Of a stretch of 63,973 bases of DNA, positions 63,141 to 63,973 are shown piece by piece; the first letter of the stretch is position 1; the number at the start of each line of letters is the position of its first letter. The position numbers and the translations under genes were made by a program. The notes below the pieces were generated by a model, which had not been told where the DNA came from, ran no database searches, and worked only from the letters and a program-made list of their open reading frames with translations. The stretch comes from Octopus bimaculoides. Its lineage: Eukaryota. Where the stretch lies: contig NC_068981.1 of NCBI RefSeq assembly GCF_001194135.2, positions 16,461,245 through 16,525,217 of the forward strand, in the 5' to 3' direction.

Positions 63141-63973
63141 TTCATACATACATACAAAAACAGGGGTTGGGAATGAGAAATATCTATGAAGTTATGTCAA
63201 TATCTAACTTTAGCCTGATTTATACATGCACTTCTGTATGCAGTGTTTTATAAATGACTACATGTATATATGCATTTTTATATATTTGTTAGTACGTAAG
63301 AAGAAATCTAATTTACACGCAAACAGCGCTCTTACATTATTAAGAAAAATATGTTGATTCATCCAGGTCTTAGAACGAAAACGCTTGTATATAAAAGAAA
63401 AACATTCTATTTGTTGACAGATAAAGAAAAATATATATATAACAAAAAACAACTCTATAAGAAGGAAATTAAAATAAATAAATATATATATATGACCACG
63501 CTGTAAACAAGTAAAACTGAACTTATATCCGTCGTTTTGATTAAGCCTGCGGCTATATACTTTCAGCATGTTTAATTAAATAATATTTGTATGAAGAGCA
63601 GGACAAGTAGGTAAGACAGACTAAGGGCTCTGTCTAGCCCCCAGCAACATGGATTTCCTTTCTGATGCGGGCAAAAGTGTGTGTTTGTTGTTTTGTTGTA
63701 GGTATTAGGTTTTCAATGCGTTTAATGTTCATATGAATAGAAATGTTGCATGAGCGAGAAAATGAATGAATGAATGAATGAATGAATGATAAAGCTGGTC
63801 GTAATTGTGGATGGAATTTCTCGTGTTCTTTACAACGGAAGGGAAGTAAATCTACTCTTCAATCACATTACAAGACGTTATTGTAGTGTTATCGGTACAA
63901 AGGGGGTGGGCGGGAAGCGAAATTCACTATGTGTACAATATATATGCATATATATATATATATATATATATAT

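Overview
AT-rich, gap-ridden eukaryotic genomic DNA with dense microsatellites and about 20 N-gaps, nearly all abutting microsatellites. The repeat families look like those I associate with Octopus (inference from recall, not a database hit). No complete gene is visible, and almost every listed ORF is a microsatellite or gap artefact. The window is dominated by decayed mobile DNA: at least four tRNA-derived SINE families, Penelope-like element (PLE) remnants, mariner/Tc1 remnants, Tx1/L1-like and RTE-like LINE 3' ends, and several fold-back (long inverted repeat) elements. Short candidate exons with good splice signals suggest the window lies inside a large-intron gene, probably on the + strand, but this is weakly supported. 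The most interesting signal is a hybrid retroelement: tRNA-derived Pol III head, then (AAT)n, then a PLE-type terminal repeat carrying an intact minimal hammerhead ribozyme. It and its tRNA-(AAT)n sub-unit occur at three loci (30.9 kb, 39.5-40.5 kb, 57.2-57.6 kb), always as tail-out inverted arrangements with the head starting at a palindromic CATATG. Two of the loci have clear 10-13 bp target-site duplications (TSDs).
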